A DNA stretch of 64,000 nt from an uncultured Gemmatimonadales bacterium (lineage in GTDB: Bacteria > Gemmatimonadota > Gemmatimonadetes > Gemmatimonadales > Gemmatimonadaceae), in NCBI GenBank assembly GCA_963701965.1, contig OY969695.1:2720001-2784000 (forward strand), given 5' to 3'. Of the stretch, positions 1-8,300 are shown one piece after another (position 1 is the stretch's first letter; each line of letters starts with the position of its first letter). The notes under the pieces are model-generated. The model ran no database searches. It saw only the letters and a program-made list of their open reading frames with translations, and was not told where the DNA came from. The translations under genes were made by a program, and so were the position numbers.

Positions 1-454
1 TGCCCAGGCCTTGGAACGCGTACGGGGAAGACCGTGGCTTGAACGCGCCGCCGCGGAGGGCGCGCGCGCCCGCGGTGCGGACCGCGCGCGCGGTGGCGCG
101 GATCATGTCGCGCCCTTCGACCGAGCACGGGCCGGCGATGACGGCCAGCGCGCGACCCCCGACGATGCACGGGGAGTCGGTGGTCCCGGCGCCGAGCGTG
201 ACCGGAGTCGTGGCGCCTTCGGCGGCGAAGCCCCGCGCGGCCAGCTTGTAGGGACGCAGCACTGGCGTCACCGACTCGACGCCCGGCAGCGCCAGCAGCG
301 GCACCTCGGCCAGCGCGGACTCGTCGCCGACGCAGCCGATCACGACGCGCTGCTCGCCGCGTGAAAGGTGGGTTCGCAGGCCGAGCGACTCGACTCTCGC
401 GCAGATGTGCGCGATCTCGGCTTCGGTAATACCGGCTCTCGCCACGATGATCAT
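1..454 (-). CDS. aroF: DAHP synthase type I-beta with N-terminal regulatory domain (3' end outside window)
   Basis: Not in ORF track; manual translation from ATG 454 gives MIIVARAG...VIAGPCSVEG...LRGGAFKPRSSPYAFQGLG, the I-beta DAHP synthase motifs. Confidence 0.93.
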   Translation of the reverse strand, partial: MIIVARAGITEAEIAHICARVESLGLRTHLSRGEQRVVIGCVGDESALAEVPLLALPGVESVTPVLRPYKLAARGFAAEGATTPVTLGAGTTDSPCIVGGRALAVIAGPCSVEGRDMIRATARAVRTAGARALRGGAFKPRSSPYAFQGLG

Positions 455-472
455 AGGAAGAAGAGAAGAAGT

Positions 473-505
473 AAAAAAGGCCCCCGTCGTTTGACGGAGG
501 CCTTT
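473..505 (-). terminator. Attenuator terminator upstream of aroF
   Basis: Minus strand AAAGGCCTCCGTC-AAAC-GACGGGGGCCTTT-TTT: 13-bp stem with one G-U and a U tract, ~20 nt before the aroF ATG. Confidence 0.85.
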
Positions 506-537
506 GGTGTTCGCTGCTCGCCGCTATGTGCTAGCGT

Positions 538-606
538 CTACGCGCGCGATCGCCAGGCCCCCGGAGGGAAGGCCCAATAAAAGCGGTAGGCGTAGTGGCA
601 GCGCAT
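538..606 (-). CDS. Aromatic amino acid attenuator leader peptide (22 aa)
   Basis: MRCHYAYRFYWAFPPGAWRSRA*, with 3 Tyr, 2 Phe and 2 Trp, directly upstream of the terminator and aroF. Confidence 0.8.
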   Translation of the reverse strand: MRCHYAYRFYWAFPPGAWRSRA

Positions 607-647
607 GATGGACAATGTCTCTCGGGCGAAGGGCTTTCGCAAGGGTA

Positions 648-1058
648 CTACATGCCCGCCATGCCCAACTCACCGCAGGCGACGATGGTGCCCAGATCGC
701 TCGGTGACTTGTGCACGTTGATGGCGAAGCTTCCATCATCCGGCGTCGCGTACGGCAACGTGACGTCGACCTTCGCGCTGCCGTCCTTCCCCGCCTTGAG
801 CGGCGTATAGGCCGTCGCCGGGCCCACGACCTTGCCGTGGTCCGCGCACTTGCCTTCGTGCACGTGCCAGGGATACGTCGCACCCGGCTCCCCGCCCGTG
901 ATCATGACCGTGGCGTGCGTGCTCTTGGCATCCTTGCCCGGCTCGACGGTGGCCGTGCCGACGATCGTCGACCCGCTCTCGGATGCAAGCTTGGCGGCCC
1001 ACTTCATGGGCATGATGGCGGCACCGGCGGCCAACGCAACAGTGGCGAAACGGTTCAC
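648..1058 (-). CDS. Exported Cu/Zn-SOD-like/CHRD-like protein
   Basis: Signal-like N-terminus; WHVHEGKC, INVH and IVACG motifs; GAGGAG RBS. Confidence 0.65.
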   Translation of the reverse strand: MNRFATVALAAGAAIMPMKWAAKLASESGSTIVGTATVEPGKDAKSTHATVMITGGEPGATYPWHVHEGKCADHGKVVGPATAYTPLKAGKDGSAKVDVTLPYATPDDGSFAINVHKSPSDLGTIVACGELGMAGM

Positions 1059-1164
1059 TCTGCTCTCCTCGAGGTAGGGGCTACGAAGTAAGGGATCACG
1101 ACGGAACTTGCGAGATGTACGCCGCTTTGCGCAAACCGGATCACTATCGTGTTACCGGGCGCGT

Positions 1165-1488
1165 CTAGGCAGAGCGCCGGAGAAAAAGCTCCAGCTGCCG
1201 GGGGTCGGCCGGCGATTCTTGTCGGAGCTGGCAAGTTTGATGGTAGAACGACCACAGCGCGATAGGCGCGCGCAGGCTCGCGCGCGGCAGCGACGCGATC
1301 GCCAGCGCCTCCTCGCGGACGCGGCGCGGCAGCACGGACGCCGCGCCCGTCACGAGGCTGTACACGGCTCCCACGTCCCGCGCGGCGACCGCGGCGGACA
1401 GCGCGGCGAGGAGCCGGAGCGGGGAGCGATCAAGCGCTCTTTCGCGACCGCGATCGACCAGATTTTGCCTTCGACGTTTTCGCGCCAT
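1165..1488 (-). CDS. Hypothetical protein with C-terminal QLELF
   Basis: 107-aa ORF overlapping the end of ku; fills the gap; ends in a clamp-binding-like motif. Confidence 0.5.
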   Translation of the reverse strand: MARKRRRQNLVDRGRERALDRSPLRLLAALSAAVAARDVGAVYSLVTGAASVLPRRVREEALAIASLPRASLRAPIALWSFYHQTCQLRQESPADPRQLELFLRRSA

Positions 1489-2326
1489 GTTTGGCTGCCG
1501 GCTCGGTTTCGGCCTCTGCTTCGGTTTCTTTCTTCTCTTCGGCCGCCGGGCGCTTGCGGCCCTGCTCCAGGCTCTGGCGCAGCCGCTCCATGAGATCGAG
1601 CACTGGCGTGCCCTCCGGTTCGGTCTCTTCGCCGACTACGATCTCCTTGCCCTTCAGCTTGTCCTGGATGAGCCGCATGACGTACTCGCGGTAGTCATCG
1701 GTGTATTTCGAGGCGTCGAACGGCGAGGCCAGGCTGCCGATGAGCTGCTCGGCCATCGCCAGCTCGGCGGGCTTCACGCTCTCGGCCGGGAACGTGTAAT
1801 CCGCCGGGTCGACGAGCTCGGCCCCAAATCGCATGACCTCCAACACCAGCGCATCGCCGAGTGCTTTGATGCTGGCCAGCGATTCGCGCTGCCGGAGGGC
1901 GAACTTGCCGATCCCGACCATCTTGGTCTTCCGGATGGCCTCGCGCAGCAGCGCGTACGGGCGCTCGCCGCCTTTCTGGGGGACACAGAAGTACGGCGTG
2001 TCGAAGTACCGCGGGTCGATCTCGCTCTCCTTCACGAAATCGAGAATCTCGAGGGCCTTTGACGTCGTGGGCCGCGCCGCCTTGATCTCCTCGTCCGTAA
2101 TGACCACGAACTTGCCCTTGGCGTACTCGTAGCCCTTGACGATCTCGGCCCAGGGAACGGCCTTCTCCTCGGCGTTGCAGAAGCGCTCCAGATGAATCGG
2201 AGACAGGTCTTCCGCGTGTAGTTGGCGAAAATGCACGCCGTCCCCGTCCGAACGAACGGCCGATCGCAGCTCAATGGGTATGTTCACCAGCCCGAAGCTG
2301 ATTGCGCCCTTCCAAATGGCAGCCAT
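1430..2326 (-). CDS. ku: NHEJ protein Ku
   Basis: MAAIWKGAISFGLVNIP, EIVKGYEY, IDPRYFDTPY, FDASKYTDDY, DLMERLRQSL and a basic tail. Confidence 0.96.
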   Translation of the reverse strand: MAAIWKGAISFGLVNIPIELRSAVRSDGDGVHFRQLHAEDLSPIHLERFCNAEEKAVPWAEIVKGYEYAKGKFVVITDEEIKAARPTTSKALEILDFVKESEIDPRYFDTPYFCVPQKGGERPYALLREAIRKTKMVGIGKFALRQRESLASIKALGDALVLEVMRFGAELVDPADYTFPAESVKPAELAMAEQLIGSLASPFDASKYTDDYREYVMRLIQDKLKGKEIVVGEETEPEGTPVLDLMERLRQSLEQGRKRPAAEEKKETEAEAETEPAAKHGAKTSKAKSGRSRSRKSA

Positions 2327-2359
2327 GGTAGGGGGCGTAACGCCGCAAACACGGGACCC

Positions 2360-2385
2360 TTGTGGATGTCCACAACCTGTGCACA
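2360..2385. promoter_or_regulatory. Degenerate DnaA-box cluster between ku and the dnaA-like gene
   Basis: Palindrome TTGTGGA-TG-TCCACAA (2360-2375) and TGTGCACA (2378-2385). Confidence 0.5.
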
Positions 2386-3411
2386 AAATCCGGTGTGCTC
2401 AACCCCAATTACACGTTCGCCCAGTTCGTGATCGGCCCGTCCAACGACATAGCCGCGGCGAGCGCCTCGGCCGCCGCCGAAGCACCAGGCCGGGCGTACA
2501 ACCCGCTGTTCATCTACGGCGACACGGGCCTCGGCAAAACGCACCTCATGCACGCGGTCGCGCACGCGGTGATGGCGCGCCAGCCGGCGACGCGCGTCGT
2601 GTGCGTGTCGGCGGAGCGCTTCACCAACGATCTCGTGGCATCCATGCAGCAGATCGCGCTCGAGGCGTTCCGCCTGCAGTACCAGACGGCCGACATGCTG
2701 TTGATCGATGATGTGCACGTGCTCGCGGGTCGGCGCGCCGCGCAGGACGCCTTCGCCGAGACATTTCGGGTGCTGTACGAGCGGGGGCGGCAGATCATGC
2801 TCACGTCCGACCGGGCGCCCCAGTCGTCGGGGCTCGATGCCGAGTTGGTGGGACAGTTTCGCTGGGGGCGCGTCGCCAATGTCTCGCGACCCGATGTCGA
2901 GCATCGGTTGGCGATCCTGCGCGCGAAGATCGGGACGGGTGCCCACGGAGCGCTGCCGGACGATGTGCTGCTGTTCTTGGCCGAACAGGTCCACACCAAC
3001 GTGCGCGCGCTGGAAGGGGCCCTCGTGCGCCTCGTGGCCTACGCGTCGCTCACCGGGCGGCCGGTGACCCTGGCGCTGGCCCACGAAGCGCTTCCGCTCG
3101 CTGCCGCCGCAGGGAGGGAGACGGCGGCGCCGGATGCCTCGGCGGTCACGCGCCGGGTGGCCGCCGAGTGGGGGGTGACGCCAGAGGCCCTGGCCTCGAA
3201 ACGGCGTACCCGGGAGATCGTGGAGCCCCGCCAGGTGGCGATGCATCTCTGTCGTGAGCTATTGGGCATGACCCTCACGGACATCGGTGCCGCATTCGGT
3301 GGGCGCGACCACTCGACGGTGATACATGGGCTGGAACGCGTGCGTGATGCGATGGCCTCGAACCCCGCATTTTCCGGCCGCATTCAGCGCATCGAAGCGG
3401 CGCTCAAGTAG
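2362..3411 (+). CDS. DnaA paralogue, domains III-IV only (alternative start GTG 2395)
   Basis: LNPNYTF, YNPLFIYGDTGLGKTHL (Walker A), LLIDD (Walker B), TSDRAP, NVRALEGAL, PRQVAMHL, FGGRDHSTV; no domains I/II. Confidence 0.92.
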   Translation: MDVHNLCTKSGVLNPNYTFAQFVIGPSNDIAAASASAAAEAPGRAYNPLFIYGDTGLGKTHLMHAVAHAVMARQPATRVVCVSAERFTNDLVASMQQIALEAFRLQYQTADMLLIDDVHVLAGRRAAQDAFAETFRVLYERGRQIMLTSDRAPQSSGLDAELVGQFRWGRVANVSRPDVEHRLAILRAKIGTGAHGALPDDVLLFLAEQVHTNVRALEGALVRLVAYASLTGRPVTLALAHEALPLAAAAGRETAAPDASAVTRRVAAEWGVTPEALASKRRTREIVEPRQVAMHLCRELLGMTLTDIGAAFGGRDHSTVIHGLERVRDAMASNPAFSGRIQRIEAALK

Positions 3412-3529
3412 CGTAAACGCACGTATCCGCAAGTCCCCGTCATCTGGTCGCCTGTGACGGATCGGCAGGCCTCCGCGTGACACGGCGACCGCCGTTGTTA
3501 CGAAGCGGATTCCGGGTGCGCGCGCGGCA

Positions 3530-3626
3530 ATATCCACATTCCACCCGATGCCGCTAGTGCCACGTATCGCGCGGGTTAGGCAGACACCGGCGAGTTATCC
3601 ACATAGGGTTATCCACGTTATCTACA
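3530..3626 (+). promoter_or_regulatory. DnaA-box cluster downstream of the dnaA-like gene
   Basis: ATATCCACA 3530, TTATCCACA 3595 (perfect), TTATCCACG 3609, TTATCTACA 3618, all in the same orientation. Confidence 0.75.
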
Positions 3627-3671
3627 TACAGGGCAACAACTTACACTGTCACAGGGCGTTGCGTTCCCGGC

Positions 3672-4133
3672 ATGAACCTCGTATACCTCTCGCACCCGGC
3701 TGGAATGTGCCGGAATACCACCGGATCGCGAGCGGAGTCGAGAGGGCTACTTGGGATGAATCTTGTTGCGTGCGACGCGCCGGCGGGCGTGCTCGATCGG
3801 GCCCCGCATACGGCGCTGCGACAGGACACGTCGACCGAAAACTGGGACGGATTCTGGGGTAGCGATGACCGCTACTATGCCCGATGCACCACCTCGGGCG
3901 GCCGGGTCAACTGGTTTCGGCTGGACGATGGCGGCGACGAGGCCGCCCCGGCCATCGACGTCCCCCAACCCTCCGTGGCCGCCCTGCCGGTCCCTTCGCC
4001 AGCCGCCTCGGCCATTGCCGGCCGTCACACCGTGGTCTTCCGTGTCGGACGCAGCGCGTCCCACGGTTGCGTGATCGGTGTGCGCCGTCCGATCAAGCGC
4101 TCGCGAGCGCGATCTGCTGACTTCACGGCGTAA
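3672..4133 (+). CDS. Hypothetical protein (start uncertain)
   Basis: ORF fills the gap and has a protein-like core WDGFWGSDDRYYARC; no family recognised. Confidence 0.35.
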   Translation: MNLVYLSHPAGMCRNTTGSRAESRGLLGMNLVACDAPAGVLDRAPHTALRQDTSTENWDGFWGSDDRYYARCTTSGGRVNWFRLDDGGDEAAPAIDVPQPSVAALPVPSPAASAIAGRHTVVFRVGRSASHGCVIGVRRPIKRSRARSADFTA

Positions 4134-4213
4134 CCGTGTTTGGCTACGCCGTCGTGTCCGGGGCGATCCGCGCCTCGGTCAGAGTCGCTTTTTCTTTACT
4201 GGGTAAGGCCGCC

Positions 4214-5149
4214 CTACTGGGCCAAGCCCGGCAGCGCGAGCTGTTCCGTGCGGCGCTGGGCGAGCATGACGGCGCCGCCGTGCAGCCAGGAGAGCGCGAC
4301 GTCGATGGTCGCGTTGCCGGACGCTGCGGCGCGGGCGACCGTGAAGTGCAGCGACAGTTGCCGCAGAATATCGACGGGCTCGGACCGCGTGAGGTAGGTG
4401 ATGAGCGCGGCGGCGGCGTCGGCAATGTGATAGAGCGTGAACAATCGGAAGCGCACCGTGGCTGCCGCGTCGTCGTCGAGTCCCGCGAGGAGCGCGGTCT
4501 CGCCGGCCTCGCGCTCCTCACGGATCGCGCCCAAACGCGAAATCGCGCGGCGGTACGTGGTACCGCTGGAACGCGAGGGCGCCAGCAGATCGACCCACAC
4601 GTGCGCGAGGCGGTCGGTGAGCACCGCGGCCCAGTCGGCGCCGGCACCCGCGTGCAGCGTGCGCAAGACGTCGCCGGTGCGGAGCCAGTCGCCGAGGTCC
4701 GATCGCCGATCGCCCACGGTGCCCAGCGCCGCGACGTGCAGGAGACCAATGAGTCCCGTCTCCCCGGGCCCGCGCGTGGGCAGCACGCGATGCAGTTGGA
4801 ACGCGCGCGCGGCGACGGCGACCAACGCGGGACGGAGAGCGTCGGCGGTGTCCGGCGCGGCGACGGCGCCGCCGTTTCCACTGGAGCGCCGCACGAAGGG
4901 ATCGAGCCAGTCGAGGGCCGCGACATCATACGCCGTGGCGAGTACGCTGACGGCGGGGATGTCTTCGTCGGTCGGCGACGCCGGTCCGTGTCGGGCCGAC
5001 CACAGACGCTGCGCGGCCGCGAGCGCTCGCGAGCGCTCGTGTGCGTCAATGGCGGTAACCGCCCAATGACCATCGAGCGCGCTGACGGCCCCCGGCGGAC
5101 CGGGGGATCCGTGCAGCGGCTCAGTCTTGAGCGGCGACATCGGAGTCAT
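4214..5149 (-). CDS. Helical hypothetical protein, possibly a stand-alone N-terminal domain of Ski2-like helicases
   Basis: 311 aa with GGAG RBS; HWAV, LHVAALGTVGDRRSDL, LYH, HF and LSWLH pattern; ends QLALPGLAQ. Confidence 0.65.
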   Translation of the reverse strand: MTPMSPLKTEPLHGSPGPPGAVSALDGHWAVTAIDAHERSRALAAAQRLWSARHGPASPTDEDIPAVSVLATAYDVAALDWLDPFVRRSSGNGGAVAAPDTADALRPALVAVAARAFQLHRVLPTRGPGETGLIGLLHVAALGTVGDRRSDLGDWLRTGDVLRTLHAGAGADWAAVLTDRLAHVWVDLLAPSRSSGTTYRRAISRLGAIREEREAGETALLAGLDDDAAATVRFRLFTLYHIADAAAALITYLTRSEPVDILRQLSLHFTVARAAASGNATIDVALSWLHGGAVMLAQRRTEQLALPGLAQ

Positions 5150-5461
5150 TCAATCTCCGCGGAGTGGATCTCGTTCGCTCTGAACCACCGTTTATCACAA
5201 TACTGCGGGAGCAATAATCGCGAAAGGACTGGTCGTGCCTAACGTTACGGACGATTTACAGCTGGTATCGTCCGGCAGGGCCCGGGGCTGTCACGGCTCA
5301 GTAGCGAAATCCGCGAATCCCGGTACATTTCCCGACCCATTTTCCGTTCTTGGATAGTGGGGTTTGAACCCGGCGCGGCGCGCCGTTTCCGCCTGCTGTG
5401 CTCGTCGTCCCGAGACACAGATCTTCGTTTCATCCTCAACGCGGTCCTTGGGGAAGTCGAC

Positions 5462-5812
5462 ATGCCATCTCTCCCGCGCGAGCTACTTCTGCCGTCATTC
5501 GAGGCGGAGGGCCCGTGCGACCTCGCTCCACCCTCACACTGTAACGAGCTCGGCGGTTCGCTGTCCGCGCTCGCGACTGGTCTCTCCCACGCAGAGTCGG
5601 CGGGCGCATTGCTCGCCCTGTCCGAGCACGCTTCCGTGCTGCGGCTCATATGGGAAGCGCACGCCCGCGGGGCGATCGCGTTACCGCCGACTCTGGCCAG
5701 TCGCGTCGTCCAAGCCCGTCGCTCGATGCCGACCTTCCTCAGCGCAAGCTCGGCCACCAGCGCCTTTGCTCATGCGTCCATGACGCACGAGCCTCCGATT
5801 ACGCCGTCGTAG
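5462..5812 (+). CDS. Hypothetical protein
   Basis: ATG after a G-rich RBS; followed by an intrinsic terminator. Confidence 0.45.
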   Translation: MPSLPRELLLPSFEAEGPCDLAPPSHCNELGGSLSALATGLSHAESAGALLALSEHASVLRLIWEAHARGAIALPPTLASRVVQARRSMPTFLSASSATSAFAHASMTHEPPITPS

Positions 5813-5834
5813 CCGTCCGCTTTTTTCGGTTTTG

Positions 5835-5864
5835 AGGCGCCCCGCACCCGGGGCGCTTTTTTTT
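5835..5864 (+). terminator. Rho-independent terminator
   Basis: AGGCGCCCCG-CACC-CGGGGCGC followed by T8. Confidence 0.8.
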
Positions 5865-5976
5865 GCCTACGATCCAGCTGTTGTCATCGCGGCAAATGGC
5901 GTTATACTGTGACCGTTTCGTTGCATGCCGTGACACAATGGTGACTCAGCTGGCAGGAAATTGCCGGGGGTGGAGC

Positions 5977-6471
5977 ATGCGGGCGCTATGGGGCGTGATC
6001 GGCGGGTTCTCGGTCCTCTCGGGGTGTGCGGCGCACCATCCCGCGGCCGAAACGGCGCCTGACCGGGGGTTCACCGTCGTCGAAATCCGGCCCGTGTCCG
6101 GCCAGACGCTGGGGCAGCAGTTGGTTACCCAGGCGGAGCGCGCCCAAGGCTTGAGCCTGGCGCCGATCCTGGAATTGACGTCGCCGTGGTGCCACGAGTG
6201 CTTCGTGCTCGACCATACGTTCGATGACCCGCATATGCGCGAGGCGCTCAAAGGGACGTACATCATCCGCATGGACGTCATGCGCTGGGCCGGCCGGTAC
6301 GGCGAGACCGGCCTGGGAGCAGTCACGATGGCGCTGCCGTCGTTCGTCCAGCTGTTCGACAACGGCCGGGGGATCGGCCAGTTCGTGGACGCGCGCTCCT
6401 GGGTCGCCGATGCGCCGGGGACGGTCGCGCCGTCCCTCGGCGCGTTCGTCCGGTCGGTCGAGGATCGCTAG
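5977..6471 (+). CDS. Thioredoxin-like lipoprotein
   Basis: Lipobox LSGC; PWCHEC CxxC motif; LPSFV cis-Pro-like loop. Confidence 0.7.
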   Translation: MRALWGVIGGFSVLSGCAAHHPAAETAPDRGFTVVEIRPVSGQTLGQQLVTQAERAQGLSLAPILELTSPWCHECFVLDHTFDDPHMREALKGTYIIRMDVMRWAGRYGETGLGAVTMALPSFVQLFDNGRGIGQFVDARSWVADAPGTVAPSLGAFVRSVEDR

Positions 6472-6503
6472 AGCTCCGCGCTGGAGCTCAGTGCAACCGC
6501 TTC

Positions 6504-7136
6504 CTACGGCTTGGCGACGGGGGCCGCCACCAACGGCGCGATTTGGGGCGCCGGCGGCAGGAACTGGCTGGGATAGTAGAACACGAACGCGTGTCGGTCG
6601 CACTGCACCAGCGCGAACGCGTCGCCACGGGCGATGAGCTTGCGGGCGTCCTCCCGGCTCGCCTGGCAACTATAAGCGTCGGCGCCGCCGGCGTAGCACT
6701 GGTCGGGGCGGTCGCTGTAGCACGTCGCCGGCGGATGCGTGTGCACTTCGGGCACGCCGGGCGGACAGGCGAAGGTGGCGCCGTTGGGCGTGGCCTCGAC
6801 GGGCGCGATCGGCTGGATCGCCATCACGCGATACACGGTATCGGCATCGCGGCCGTCCATGACCGTGGTCTTGCGCGCCCCTGGCGCTGCCTCCGGCGAG
6901 CCGACATGCGCATTGCGCGAGGTGGCAGTCCACCACTGCGTCACGCAGTAGGTCCGCTCGACCTGCCGGGCACCATCGCTCCACTGCGCCGCCAGCGCGT
7001 TCCGGGCGTTGTCCATGACGACGCCGTACCGCATCACCTGTGAGGCGAGCGGCTGGGCCGCGGCCAGCCAGAGGCTGGCGACGACGGCGTACCGTCCTAT
7101 GGATGCACTGGCGTTGATGTGTCGCAAGCGAGTCAC
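6504..7136 (-). CDS. Exported Cys-rich protein with JAB/MPN-like motif
   Basis: Signal peptide; E(RTYC)...VHTHP...SRED. Confidence 0.55.
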   Translation of the reverse strand: MTRLRHINASASIGRYAVVASLWLAAAQPLASQVMRYGVVMDNARNALAAQWSDGARQVERTYCVTQWWTATSRNAHVGSPEAAPGARKTTVMDGRDADTVYRVMAIQPIAPVEATPNGATFACPPGVPEVHTHPPATCYSDRPDQCYAGGADAYSCQASREDARKLIARGDAFALVQCDRHAFVFYYPSQFLPPAPQIAPLVAAPVAKP

Positions 7137-7210
7137 CTACCGTAGCGAACATGCTTATTGGGTCGACGAGCGTTTTTTCTTAGCGTCACTTTTGGCAACT
7201 TTCTCCTTCC

Positions 7211-7624
7211 ATGCCCCCACGACCGTCCCGTGATCTGTCGCACCTCCTCGCGGTGATGCAGCCCGTGCTCGATCCGCGCGAGTTGGTGTTCGCCACACTC
7301 CCTCACCCGATCCTTGGCCTCGCGTCGATCGCGTCCTTTGTCGAACCCGAAGGTCTCAGCGTGATCCTCGAGCGCAGCGAGGCGACGCGCGCCGGCCTGC
7401 CGTACATATATCCTTGCCGCCTCATCACCTTGTCGGTGCATTCGGCGCTCGACGCGATCGGTTTTGTGTCCGCGGTCACACAGGCGCTGGCCGACGCCGC
7501 CATCAGCGTGAATCCGGTCTCGGCGTACCATCATGATCATCTTTTCGTGCCGGCCGATCGGGCGATGGATGCGATGGCGGTCCTGGCCGCGCTCAGCGCG
7601 CGCGCGGGGCCATCGGCGCCGTGA
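7211..7624 (+). CDS. ACT-domain protein (DUF2241-like)
   Basis: EPEGLSVIL, ITLSVHSALDAIG, NPVSAYHHDHLFV. Confidence 0.85.
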   Translation: MPPRPSRDLSHLLAVMQPVLDPRELVFATLPHPILGLASIASFVEPEGLSVILERSEATRAGLPYIYPCRLITLSVHSALDAIGFVSAVTQALADAAISVNPVSAYHHDHLFVPADRAMDAMAVLAALSARAGPSAP

Positions 7625-7736
7625 CCGCCGCGGAGGACGCGGCCGCTCGCTATTTCGCGGGACGCCCGGATGCGCTCCCGGCGCCGCGCCGGACGCGGAT
7701 CGTGCGAGCGATGGTCTGAGCGCGTTATTTTACGCC

Positions 7737-8300
7737 ATGTCCACCACCGACGAGATTCTCGCCGCCAACGCGCGCCACGCGGCGTCGTTCGATCGGGGCA
7801 ATGCGCCGCTGCCGCCCAAGCGGCATTTGGCGATTGTGACCTGCATGGACGCGCGTATCCTGCCGTCGCGGATCTTCGGGCTGGAGGTCGGCGACGCGCA
7901 CATCATCCGGAACGCAGGCGGGCGCGCGGCGGAAGCGTTGCGGTCCCTCGTCATCTCGCAGCAGTTGCTGGGGACGACCGAGGTGGCGCTCGTCCACCAT
8001 ACGGACTGCGGCATGTTGACGTTCACGAACGTCGACCTGCGCGCGAAGGTTCGGGCGGCGCTTGGCGCCGAAGCGGCGGCCGAAGCGGAGCAGATCGATT
8101 TCTTGACGTTTCCCGATCTCGCGCAGAGTGTGCGGGACGACGTCGCGTTCCTGCGCGATTCGCCGCTCATCCCGGACTCGATCATCATCCGCGGATTCAT
8201 CTATGACGTGCGGCGGGGGACCTTGACCGAGGTCGACTCCGACCCGGTCGCTCTGCCGGCGACATCGATTGGCACGCGAAAGGCCGGCACCGACTACTGA
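7737..8300 (+). CDS. Beta-class carbonic anhydrase
   Basis: TCMDAR, RNAGG, HHTDCG zinc ligands. Confidence 0.93.
   Translation: MSTTDEILAANARHAASFDRGNAPLPPKRHLAIVTCMDARILPSRIFGLEVGDAHIIRNAGGRAAEALRSLVISQQLLGTTEVALVHHTDCGMLTFTNVDLRAKVRAALGAEAAAEAEQIDFLTFPDLAQSVRDDVAFLRDSPLIPDSIIIRGFIYDVRRGTLTEVDSDPVALPATSIGTRKAGTDY

Noticed and set aside
2362..3700. Canonical dnaA-oriC locus
   Set aside because: No domain I, no Arg finger, no dnaN/recF/gyrB/rpmH neighbours and no AT-rich DUE; not fully excludable without GC skew
3672..3770. MNLV occurring twice at the ORF start as a duplication
   Set aside because: Only 4 codons with differing nucleotides; compatible with chance
4136..5242. Long antisense or alternative-frame ORFs here and elsewhere (e.g. 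32013-34094, 46261-48519, 53583-55493, 55372-57411)
   Set aside because: Shadow ORFs of GC-rich genes; Arg/Gly-rich and without motifs
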